DNA of 64,000 nucleotides from Trichodelitschia bisporula. Taxonomy: Eukaryota. The stretch is from positions 939,061 to 1,003,060 of the forward strand of contig ML996695.1 in the NCBI GenBank assembly GCA_010356995.1. Reading direction: 5' to 3'. This document shows, piece by piece, positions 39,592-50,459 of the stretch (position 1 is the stretch's first letter; every line of letters begins with the position of its first letter). The notes below the pieces were generated by a model that was not told the origin of the DNA, did not search any database, and saw only the letters and a program-made list of their open reading frames with translations. A program made the position numbers and the translations under genes.

Positions 39592-39841
39592 AATGATTTA
39601 TGAGGGGATGTGTATAAGGGTGGTGGTGGTGAAGTAACTGCGGGACAACGTGGGGCAACTCCAACAATTCGCGAGCACTTGACGCGCGGATGGGTTTTCT
39701 GGGATCGCGTCGGCGATTCGTTGTTCCTTGCATCATCGCGAACTGCGAGGTATCGCTCTCCACTGCGAACTGCTCACACCACCCTAATACTGTCTTTATT
39801 TCCTCGTCATTTACTGCTGACTGCGTTCCATCGCATCCGCT

Positions 39842-41164
39842 ATGAAGAAATCCTTCTCCGCACGGCGCGTTCCGCGCAAAATCGGCCAAGATGACGACGA
39901 GCTAGCCGATAGTTCCTCAGCCCGAGCAGAGCCGCAAGGTACGCACGCAGCACCGCTTCTACTTCTCGTATCTGGCTCTAACACCCGATGCAACAGATCG
40001 CTGATGTCTATTCTTACAGAGCCTGTGGTGCGGCGCCCCGGTCTGGCTTCTAAGCCCAAACGCCCATCGTCATTACGGTTATCGTTCGGGCCTGGCGAAG
40101 CACCAACGGAGCAGTCAGATGGCGATGCGCCGGGTCTTGCAGCCACACCGAAGAAGTCTAGGCTGGGAGGAGTCGCTGCTGCAGAGCGCCGGCTTCCCCG
40201 CTCGTCGCTCTCTTCCGAACTCCTCCCGTTCCGAGCAGGACAGGCGGACGATCGCCCTAGCTACAGTAAAGACTACATCAACGAGCTCAAGCAATCGACG
40301 CCCTCCACACCTAAAGACCTGACCGTGCACAATCCTAGCGCAGATGGCACGTCAGGCTCAGCCCTGGATATGGTCTCCAAGTTCGGCCCCCTAGTCTCCG
40401 TCAACGACACCCCCGCCATCCCTACGGACGCCGAAATCAAGGAGAAGAAGGAACGACGCGCTCGCCTGGCAAAGGAAAAGGAGTTCATTTCGCTCCACGG
40501 CTCAGACGATGAAGATGATAATCGGGTACTGCCTTGGGAGAAGCCCAAGTACGCGGAGACTCGTCTCGTTCCCGACGACGAGGATGTCGCCGAAGGCTTC
40601 GATGAGTTTGTTGAGGATGGTAAGATTGCGCTAGGGCGGAAGACGGAGCGGGAGCTGAAGCGCCGGCGACGCGCTGAGATGGCAGAGATGATCGCCGAAG
40701 CGGAGGGCAGTGGTTCGGACCAGGAGACGGACGATTCGGAGTATGAGCGGAAAGCGGCCTATGATGCGGCACAAACGAGAGCCGGGACATACGGTCATCA
40801 CAACCGGGAATTGGACGGTCAGAGACCCAGGACACCGCCAAAAATTACGCCGCTGCCCGAAATGTCGGATGCTGTCGGCCGATTACGGAAGTCTCTGGCT
40901 GCGATGGAAGAAACTAAAGCAGCGAAGTTGAAGAAGCTGGAGCTGCTCAGACGGGAGAAGAAAGAGATAGCGGACATGGAGATCAGAGTCCAATCTGAAC
41001 TCAAAGACACTGGGGAGCGGTTCGAGAAGCTTAGGATTGAAGCGGGGTTAACAGGGGCTAATGGGGCTGAAGTCCAGCCTTGCGACTCCCCTATGGTAGA
41101 CAGAGGGCTGGAGAGTCTGGGGACTATGCCGCTCCACATGGCAAGTGAGGATAGCGATGATTGA
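39842..41164 (+). CDS. NTR2: Nineteen complex-related protein 2 (Ntr2)-domain spliceosome disassembly factor
   Basis: MKKSFSARRVPRKIG, SSLRLSFG, YSKDYINELKQSTPSTP, IPTDAEIKEKKERRARLA, FISL, YDAAQTRAG, PKITPLP. Probable intron 39939-40019. Confidence 0.75.
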   Translation: MKKSFSARRVPRKIGQDDDELADSSSARAEPQGTHAAPLLLLVSGSNTRCNRSLMSILTEPVVRRPGLASKPKRPSSLRLSFGPGEAPTEQSDGDAPGLAATPKKSRLGGVAAAERRLPRSSLSSELLPFRAGQADDRPSYSKDYINELKQSTPSTPKDLTVHNPSADGTSGSALDMVSKFGPLVSVNDTPAIPTDAEIKEKKERRARLAKEKEFISLHGSDDEDDNRVLPWEKPKYAETRLVPDDEDVAEGFDEFVEDGKIALGRKTERELKRRRRAEMAEMIAEAEGSGSDQETDDSEYERKAAYDAAQTRAGTYGHHNRELDGQRPRTPPKITPLPEMSDAVGRLRKSLAAMEETKAAKLKKLELLRREKKEIADMEIRVQSELKDTGERFEKLRIEAGLTGANGAEVQPCDSPMVDRGLESLGTMPLHMASEDSDD

Positions 41165-41987
41165 GGAGTGATGTTGCAGGCATATATATATCTAGGGCCT
41201 ACAGGAATCGAGAGATCTGAAGGGGATCTACTGGTGCGGATCGGTTCAGAAGTGTTGATGGCTTCTAGTTGGGGATGAGGCGCCTGTACTCAGACGCATA
41301 TTCGTTGACGGATTTGAACTTCGAGGGAGAACACTGCATTCATCCAGTACTATGTAGTACATGTTTCGTTAAAGGTGTTCAAAACCGTCAACGAATACCC
41401 ATCAGAGTACAAGCGCTTCAACTCTAACTTAGAAGCATCAATACTACTAAACCTGTCCGCATTAGCAGATCCCTTCCGGATATACCTTTGCACTGCACAT
41501 ATGGAGTTTTTCTGCTTCGCTGGAATGGGATTGAGCGCCTCCCTGCACGAAAAATAAAACGTTAGTGTTTTGTCTCCGTTATTGCTATCCACTGGCGATC
41601 TGAACCATGACTGAAGCCCTGCAGATTCCCATCGTTGGCAACAGGCACCCGGTTTTTAAGAGGTCGGCAACCCTTCAACGTTGCTCACCGACACAGCATC
41701 TAAGCGTAAGTTGAGCCATAGGACTGAGTGCGCGGACGCGCCATCCCGCGTTGCCCTCACCAGCCTCTCGCGACCGCCTTGCGATCAACGCGCAACAATC
41801 AGTACCCAATCAACCGTTTGCTTTTGTATCGGTACCGTAAAAGCCCCGCGCACCGTATCTGACGCCAACATCCAGTATTTTGAAGCTCAGCACGTTATAG
41901 CTGTCTCATCAGTTTGCACTGTCATCGACTCCTTGCATCTGCATCAAGGAGGCTCAACTTGCCAACGGACTTCGCGCTTCTGTAGCC

Positions 41988-43085
41988 ATGGAGCAAAGTC
42001 CTCAAAAATCTCAGGGCGGGTTCAAGGGGGGCTCAAAAGGCATCTTCATTGACGGCCTTTGGTTGTGTACGTCTATATCCTGATGGAACGGCAACACGTG
42101 GACTAACCTACGTAGGCGACTGTCAACCACGCGAGATCGCTCGGCAAAACGAAACCAAAAAGGCCGGCCCGAACCAAGGCCGATTGTGTAAGAGCAGCAC
42201 ATATCATTGCCTACCAGCCAACTAACCCCGCCACAGTCTACGTCTGTCCCAAGCCCATCGGCCAACAACAATGCGGTTTCTTCCTCTGGGTTGACCAAGC
42301 CAAAATCCGAGAGAAAGCAGGCAACAACACGCACCCAAATCTCAAGCCCCCGCCCACTAACAGCGCCCCCTATAACACCAGCTGGCAACCCCACCCCGTA
42401 GCCAATCTGTCTGTCCGGCCGTCGAGCACCACCTCCCCAGCACAGCATTCCACCGCGCAGCCTGGCCTTGAACCCCAAGGCCAGTCGAGCGACGGCTCGG
42501 CATGGTCGGTTGGTAGCGATGAAGAGCAGATGCTCGCGGATGCTGCGGATGCAGCAATGCCGCGCCGGGGAGCCTCGATGGGGTTGCAGACGCCGCGCAA
42601 GGCTAATGCTCAGTGGTCGGGGCCGTTTACCACGCCAGGGAAACGCAAGTTTGCCCAGCTTGACACGCCACCGGGGAAGAATCTCTTTGGCAGTGCGGGT
42701 AGGGCGGGCTCTCGGCAGGGCTCGCCGAGTAAGCGGCCGATTGGGTCGGCGCTGGGAACGCCTACGGCACGGCGGTTAAAGGAGGTGGAGGAGGGCGAGC
42801 TGTTTACGGACATCGTTGACAGCTTGAGGGAGTTTGAGGTGCCTATAAGTAATGCGGCCGCAGAGGATCTGAAGAAGGTGTGCGCCAAGCATGAGAAGCA
42901 GTGGGTTGACCCTTCCCTTGCAAGCTTTCCTTGCTAATCGTGGTACTAGGCTCGAACTACGGAGACTTGTCATCACGGCGAAGGACGCTAAGATCCAAGA
43001 GCTCGAAGGTCGTATCAAGACGCTGGAAGCCGAAGCAGATCTCGCCGAACACATGCGCTCCACTGAAGATGAGAGTCTTGAGTAG
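41988..43085 (+). CDS. GRF zinc-finger protein with C-terminal coiled coil
   Basis: Introns 42067-42115, 42188-42236 and 42901-42949 give GIFIDGLWLCDCQPR...GPNQGRLFYVC...CGFFLW, a disordered TP-rich middle and AKDAKIQELEGRIKTLEAE. Confidence 0.8.
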
Positions 43086-43710
43086 AGGAGCCGATTCCCT
43101 AGCTGCTTGTACAGCGGCATTCTATTCAACGCCGCCTCCACTTAGCTACACTACAGGGCCCGAACTACGAAGAACCAATACCAAATAGGCGTCATATTGA
43201 GCCTGGGAGCAGCCTACTCAATCCCCGGGCATGACGTTGCAAAACAGAGAGATGATCTACCTTGAGATGCCATTACAACGACCAGGATGACTGAGTCAAA
43301 GTGAAAATTAAAGACTTGTAAAAGGGCAGAGGAGTAGGTAGGTTGTCGATGGCTCTTTCACGGCCTTGAAGACAGCGTACCCTTCGTGATGTACCAACAT
43401 AAAGCATCTCAACCGGGAGATGCATTTCGGTAAGAGTCGAGGATAGGGAGTCTGAAGGATAGCCAAATAATGAATCATGACATCAGGCATCAATGCCATT
43501 TTTAGCTGTGTGACTGTGAACCTCTTCTATCAAAGTCCTCGCCCCATCCGATTCACGAGCACGCCCCGATCGTGAAACCTCGTGCCGCATTCCTCGCCGA
43601 ACAGTCACCGAACGCCACCCACTTCCTAATATGGGCTAGCGCACACCACAACGCAGGCACCAGCCTCCCGCGCACCGGATTAACCATTCCCGGGCCCGCC
43701 AGCCAGAGGG

Positions 43711-43718
43711 TATAAATA
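43711..43718 (+). promoter_or_regulatory. TATA box of the U6 gene
   Basis: TATAAATA about 33-40 nt upstream of the U6 5' hairpin. Confidence 0.75.
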
Positions 43719-43750
43719 TGCGTCCTCCCCCAAACCCTCTTCTTCTCCCC

Positions 43751-43851
43751 GCCTTCGGGCATTTGGTCAATTTGAAACGATACAGAGAAGATTAGCATGG
43801 CCCCTGCACTAAGGATGACACGCTCAATCAAAGAGAAGCTCCAAGTTTTTT
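43751..43851 (+). ncRNA. U6: U6 spliceosomal snRNA
   Basis: 5' GCC-TTCG-GGC hairpin, invariant ACAGAGA (43782-43788), AGC triad (43794-43796), ISL ATGGCCCCTGCACTAAGGATGA, terminal T6 Pol III terminator. Confidence 0.96.
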
Positions 43852-44427
43852 CATCGTTTTGCTTTCGCATGTCGGGAGCGCGAAGAAGATGCTGAGGCTT
43901 TGGGGTGCGGGAGGGAGGAGTTGTTTCCGGTGATGTGATGCTGTCTATCAGCGAGCAGGATCAATTACGAGTCGCTTAAAGGGGACGTCAAGCTGGAATA
44001 TGTCATGATGAAGTTCCAACGTGGTGTCTGCTGCGCGAGACGATCAGTACCTCGCAGCGTGCATGAAGCTTCTGTGCATAGGTGAGGAACCCGCTCCGCC
44101 CCTCATAACATGTCGACGAGAATGACCCCGCGGTCATGAAGCTCGTCGGCGGTACAGGTCCACCCTCCGGCACGATGTACATGGCACACAGGCGCAGTCC
44201 TGTTAGCTTGTCTCGCGAGGCAGCCTTGTTTAAACAGTCGCGTACTCAAGCACGCGTCTCGAGGCGTTTCTAATCTGAAGTCTAGCGGTGTACCGGTGAC
44301 AAAAGTCCTCTCATCAAACGTCACTCAACGCCGTACCAGTGTCCCCAGAGCTACACAAGACAGTACATCCGTACAATGAACAGCGCAAGCTCCGCTTCAG
44401 GGTATAAGGCAAGAGCAGCTCATCCCT

Positions 44428-45612
44428 CTATTTCACATCATCACCGTCTCCCTCATCGAATACGTCCCGCACCTGCGCATCGTCGTCGACCTCCTCGTCA
44501 TCATCGCGATACTCGTCATCCCAGGCATCCCTCAGGCTGATATCGTCCACATGCTCCCTCAACGTCTCCGCCGCCTCATATGACTCAGGGTCGTCCGCAT
44601 ACTCCGCCCTGATCTCCTCCTCGCTCTCTACACGCAGCCGCTCAGCCTCTACCTGCTCCAGCTCGCGCGCCCGCTTCTTGGTTTGCCGGTAGATGAACCA
44701 GCCAGTCGCAGCACCAGCGAGTACCCCGACGACGATGCTGATGTAGCTCATAGCCTTCGTCTTGGCATCCATCTTGTCGCCACTCTCAGCGATTTTCGCC
44801 AGCTGCGAGCCGATGAACACATGCAGCAGCAGCTTCGGGCTGACAGCGGCGGTTGCTGCCATAAAAGCGGGCCATCCAACGGTGGGGATGGTGCTTAAGG
44901 CGCCGTTGCTGAGAGAGTATGGCAGCGGGCAGAGGCGAATCATGACGAGCAGCTTGATGCCGTCGTGTTTGAGCGTAAGCGCGAGGGCGGCGAAACGGGC
45001 ATCGCGCTGGATGAGACGATGTACGAAATCGTGTATGAGATAGCGAGAGAGAAGAAACGAGGCGGTGGAGCCGAGGATGGTGGCCGAGGCAACAATGTAC
45101 CAACTGCATCATTTAGTTCCGAGCCGGCTAGTTCCGAGCCTGACATACCCATTAGGGAAGCCGTAGACAAATCCGGCGAGCGTGACACAAGACGAGTATC
45201 CGATGAGCGGAGGGAACGACACAATGAACGTTGCCGACCACAATATCAACCACCCGCCCGGGATGTCTCTCCACTTCGCAGCAATCGGCGCCAGCCAACT
45301 GAAGATCCGCTCATTGTAAATCAAGAACAAGATGCCGACAACCACCGTCGCCAGTCCCGCAATTATGGCACCAGCACGTTGCAAAGCCGAGAGTTTGTTG
45401 TATTCCTTCCATGCTCTCCGTTGTAATCGGTCCGCCTTGCGAAGTACGCGCTGTGCGAAGGGCTGCTGTACAGAGGCAAATGAACTGCTACGGCGATGAG
45501 AGCCACTGGTGCGAAATGTAGGCCGGTTCCAGGCAGGACTGGTCGAGCTCGAGCGAGATATTGGTTCATCGACGGGCATCGCCAGGGCGCGGCCGTCGAA
45601 TTGGTTGGCCAT
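44428..45612 (-). CDS. TVP38: Golgi membrane protein Tvp38 (DedA/VTT, SNARE-associated)
   Basis: Intron 45104-45148. SFPPLIGYS, AGFVYGFPNGW, GSTASF, MIRLCPLPYSLSNGALS, SPKLLLHVFIG, acidic tail. Confidence 0.88.
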
Positions 45613-47690
45613 AGGAAAATTAGGACCGGGAGGCGGCGGAAGGGAGGCGGAGGGTGAAGGCAGCCCCGTGGAGGTCTGGTAGAGGAAGGAATGGATGGAC
45701 TGCGGTAGATAACAATACAAAATCCACGATAAGGTGCTGGAGAATGGCTATCGCATCACGACGTGTGGAGAGGGTGAAGTTGAACAAGGGAAGGAGTTGG
45801 CGTCAGCGCATCAGATGCGGCGGTGCAGGCAGCAGGTATCGCACGGGTAACGGGGGTCAGGGACCGGGCTAAGGGTAAGGCCGCGGGTGTGGCTAGTGAG
45901 GCAGGGTTTCTCGCCGAGCCGCTCATGATCCCGAAATAGTTCGTCTGGATGCATGAAATGTCACAGTACCCGAGCGTTTGAAGGAGCACCGAGATATGTT
46001 GAACGTGGCGGTCGATGCTGACCCGTACCCGTACACAAAATTATCCTGTAGGACTGTTTGAGAAATGTACTGCCTGATAATCTTTCACTGAGGGATGAGA
46101 TATCGACCGCGTTCTGAGCTTCTGACGATTCCTCTACATCCGTATGCAAAGTGCATAATTTGACTGTGCCTGAAATCGACCTAGGTTAGAGCTACTGAAG
46201 AAATGTACGGACCCTTAAGCCGTTCTGCGTGAAACCCTTTAATCATGAAGAGTCGTCCAGACGACTGAGAGGGACGTTTGGCCTCTGAGCATGCGAATAC
46301 ATGAGGAAGCATCCGAGATTCAGGCCTAGCGCATCATGTCAGAACTGCCATTGCCAGAGGTGTGATGTTAAGCCCGCGACTGTTTCTCGAGCTTGAAGTC
46401 CTTGATGCCACCACACCCAGTGCAGTTAATTATGATCCCGAACGTGCGGCACGGTTAAAGTAGCTCCGGCCGTATCCGGAAGCTTATGAAGCTTCTTGGG
46501 AGCGTCCCATGGACGTACTTCCGAAGGAGTAACGGACTTGAGCAGAGAAAGGTTCCAATCAAGCAGGTGTAAGACAGAGATCAAATACTTCCTCCGGGCC
46601 TTGGAAGACAGTCCTTTTTGGGGGCCTATGAAATGCAAGCTCATATCTCTTTGAGTATAGCCTTGGACGCGGGCCTTATGTCGTTAGCCTTGCCAATATC
46701 GAAAGTAGTCAGATCGGGAATGAGCAATGGATTATTAGACGTCAATGATAGTACAGAGACTTGCGATCCGCAAATTAAATTGCGAAGGCAGAGGCTGATC
46801 GAGTTTGGGAGCTGAATGGGTTAGTCGAGGACTTCAATATACTCAACGAATACTCTTACATCTGCATCTTCATCGATTTCAAGACATATCCAGGTCGGTA
46901 CCGCGAGTTCACGATTACATCCGTACTCGGCAACCGGTCATTTACGATTTCTTCAAGGGAGGGCGCCAAGGAAACACTGGGGAAGCGGTACGCAATTTTT
47001 TGCGGGGAATGACCCAGTAAACTGTGGGGGGCACCTGAAGTTCAGGCCCTACGAGGGAGATCGCAGTGCCCTAACCCGCCGGCTGGTCCAGCTGCCGGGA
47101 GGGGGGCACCGGGGAGTAAGGGAAGAGGGACTCTGGTCAACAAACGTGCAAAGACGATCGTGAGATGCAAAGCAAGATCTAGCTTCGATTTATTATTGCC
47201 TTGCACCTTCACTTCACCTATACATACCTTCTCCTCGAGACTGTGTGGCAGACGGAGAGAGCCTCTGGCAACACAGCTTGCAACAGCCCGTGTGCCCCCA
47301 ATTCCCCTAAGCAAGCTTGCTCAGCATCTTTACGGTGAGCGGCAGGATATCAGGTAAGCTATCGATTAGGCGGCCCGTCGTGAATCTTCGGCAGCACCGA
47401 ATCTCGAATCGTCTCTTCAGCTCATCTTCTACTACACGGTGGCAAGCAGCAGCTTTTGTTGATTGATGATTGCCCGCTGCGGTGAATGGTGGAACTGGTG
47501 GCTCATCACCAAGCTTGGCAGCGCTGCACCCCCCTCCCCCAAAGGCTCCTGGCCACCCAGTTCAGCCCTCCGCTACCTTCACGTCCGGACGCCTCTCGGG
47601 AAGCGGTGCAACACCTAGCAACGCGCGCATATATTGCCCCTATGAGTTCGTCCTTCATACCTTCTAACACTCTTTATCCTCTTCTTCAGA

Positions 47691-50061
47691 ATGCTTTCCG
47701 ATGAGCTGTACGACCTCTGTTTGCCCGTCCTCCAGGATGTGGTGCTCGACGATGAGATCAAGACCGAGAAGGTCGAGGAGCTCTTGCGTACCGAAGCGTC
47801 TCTCACTGGCAAGCAACTGGAGAACGCGGTGCTCGATGCCCTCTGGCGCCATCGGAATGCTACCTCAGACAGTGCTTCTCCACCACCTACACGCCATATC
47901 GTCATCCGGAGAGCTTCGCCAGCTCCGTGGCAGATCGCAGGCACACCTACTCCTTCGCAAGCCTCCCCGCGCATGATAAACCCCCCACCGGGCCTTGGGG
48001 CATCGTCACTCGCCTTTGTTCGCACCAAATCCTCGACCGCCTCTCCCTTTACCTCCCCTCGCGCGTCGCCCCGCCTGTCGCTGGCTACCCCTTACATTCC
48101 TCACAGCCCGCGTCTCGATGCATACCAGTTCAGCAACTCGAGTCCCACACAGGAGGTCTACGGAGATTTAGGAAGCGATGCTATCGAGTGGCTTGTTAGC
48201 GATGAGGCTGGGAGCACGTCGTCGTCGCTGCCCGGCGAGGGTGTTCTGAACGGGGCAGCCCCTGACTTTACTCTTTCGCAGGCCATGAATCCGTACGACA
48301 TGCTGCGATCCATTTTGCGCAACGACCGATCCAATGAGGAAATTCAAAAGGCGCTGGATGATAACAACTACGACCTGAGCGCTACGCTCTACGCGTTGAT
48401 GGCCGCGCAGGAAGCTGAGACAGCTCAGGCTGCCGGCAGCACCGAGCCTAGCCGTACGATCCTCGTGGGTAAATCGATGAGCCCCAACGTTCGGCCAGCG
48501 ACCCCGCTCAGCCAGCAGAAATCGACCATACTGTGCAAGTACTATCTGGCCAATGGCAGTTGCGCTCGCGCAGATTGCAGGTTCAGTCATGATGCAAGCA
48601 AGACCGTGTGCAAGTACGTATATACAGGATTTCATGGCACAAGCGACTAATGGATGCAAGGTACTGGCTCGCTGGAAGCTGTCTCGCGGGTGACTCGTGT
48701 GTCTTCTCCCACGACCCTTCGACTCTCGTTGCGCGCATGATGCTTGATGGGGGTGGTACGCCTCCCTTGCAGTCCGTGCAGCCGAATTTCCAGATCCAAG
48801 ACTACGAGGCATTCCCGGCCCTGCAAGCTGCGGGGTACCAGCAGTACTACATGAATGCTGCTGAGTATGGCATTGATCCCGCGTACGGTACCCCACCGAC
48901 GGTAGCACCGCCTCCAGGTCTGAACCCGCTTGCGACCTACACACCAAGCAGTATGAGCCGTAACCATTCTAGACCCACCAGCAGACATACATCTCGTGCT
49001 CCAACTCCTTCCATTCCGCCAGTAGATGACAACGATGCCTTCCCTACCCTGGGCTCTGCAGCGGCTGTGAAGGGCGGCAAAAAGCACCATGGGAAGCGTG
49101 GAGGCCATGGCCATGGTCACAAGGAGAGTCCAAGCACGCTTGCTGAGCTCGTTCGCATGTCACCTTCGCCGAATCCAGTTCAGCTGCGGAAGGGACCTCA
49201 GAAGTCGCGAGCGCAGGGGACCGGCAGCCGTGAGAACAGCGCCGCAGCTCAGGCCATTCCCCCTCCCGAGAACATCCCATGGCTTGCAACTGGTGATGCT
49301 GTCAACAAGGCTTACCTCAAGGCCCGTAGCGAGGCGTTCAAGCATGGTGGATTGAGAAACAAGTTTTTGCAAAGGTCAGTACAACGGTATCCTTGGAATC
49401 GTATTAAGTTTTTTGTAGTGCCGCCCAAGCGTACAACCGCAGTGATTCCCGTGCCGCAAAGGCACTCAGCTTGCGTGGTCAGACGGAGAATACCCTTATG
49501 AAGAATGCCCATCGCGAAGCAGCCCGGATTCTGTACGAAGAGCGGAACAAAGACTTTGGCCCTAAGTCACTTGAACTCTTCGTTGATCTCCATGGTAAGG
49601 ACATCCGGAATTCATTTGACCTCTTTCTCACCCCAATAGGCTTGCATCCTGAGGAGGCTGTGTCGTACCTCAGCAACATCCTTCGTGCTCATGAAAAGCC
49701 CATCCCACCTCGTACTGCTCGGCCCGTGTACGTCATCACCGGTACAGGTCATCACTCGAAGAATGGTAAAGACAAGGTTGGCAAGGCTGTGCGCAACTTC
49801 CTCAACGACTGGCGCTATGCATTCCGAGAGTTCAGCGTTCCTGGTGATCGCAGCAACACTGGCGGTATCATCGGGATCGATCCGACGAGCTGGGACCGTA
49901 GCCTGGAAAAGGGGGGCAGCGATGACAGCAAGAGCGGGGACAGTAAGGACGCAGTGGTTGAGGCGGAGAGCACAAAGGTGCGAATTCTGCGCAAGGAAGA
50001 TCTCGACAGCGGCAATGCAGTCACCACGTCGAGCGATGGCAGTGGAAACAGTAGCTCATAG
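47691..50061 (+). CDS. CCCH zinc-finger + DUF1771/Smr-domain protein
   Basis: Introns 48614-48660, 49375-49418 and 49595-49639. Two C-x7-C-x5-C-x3-H fingers, AAQAYNRSDSRAAKALS, VDLHGLHPEEA, YVITGTGHHS. Confidence 0.9.
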
Positions 50062-50459
50062 ATGCTACCCTCCGCGATATCCGCTCTGTCGTTTTGTCGT
50101 AGACGTAGACAACGGAAATGAATCTATTGCACTCACCCTTGCTCTGAATCTGTGAATCTGTGACTCGTGACCAAGTCATCTAATCCTATGAGGCAATGAA
50201 TTCTCTAAAATTCTATGTCGAGGATCTCCACACCTTTTTGTCCAATGATGGAGATAAAACGACATGATGTCTGTGAAGCTCGCGCCCCTGCAAGCCACAT
50301 CGGCCTTGGCGCAGTGGCGGGGCACCGATTCCACCCATCAATCAGCGTCTGCTCAACGCGTCCCCACGCGTCACCTCTTACATATCTCAGTGCTCCGCTT
50401 TCTCCGCCACCACTCGCATTGCAGCAATTCCCGGGAATATTTCCCACCGCATGCCCGCC

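Noticed and set aside
47069..47080. CCCTAACCC telomere-like / telomerase-template-like words (also 35891, 62221)
   Set aside because: Single isolated copies, two of them in an intron or CDS, with no tandem array or supporting RNA structure.
45961..47400. Short ORFs between TVP38 and the CCCH-Smr gene
   Set aside because: No motifs or consistent splice signals; treated as intergenic or UTR.
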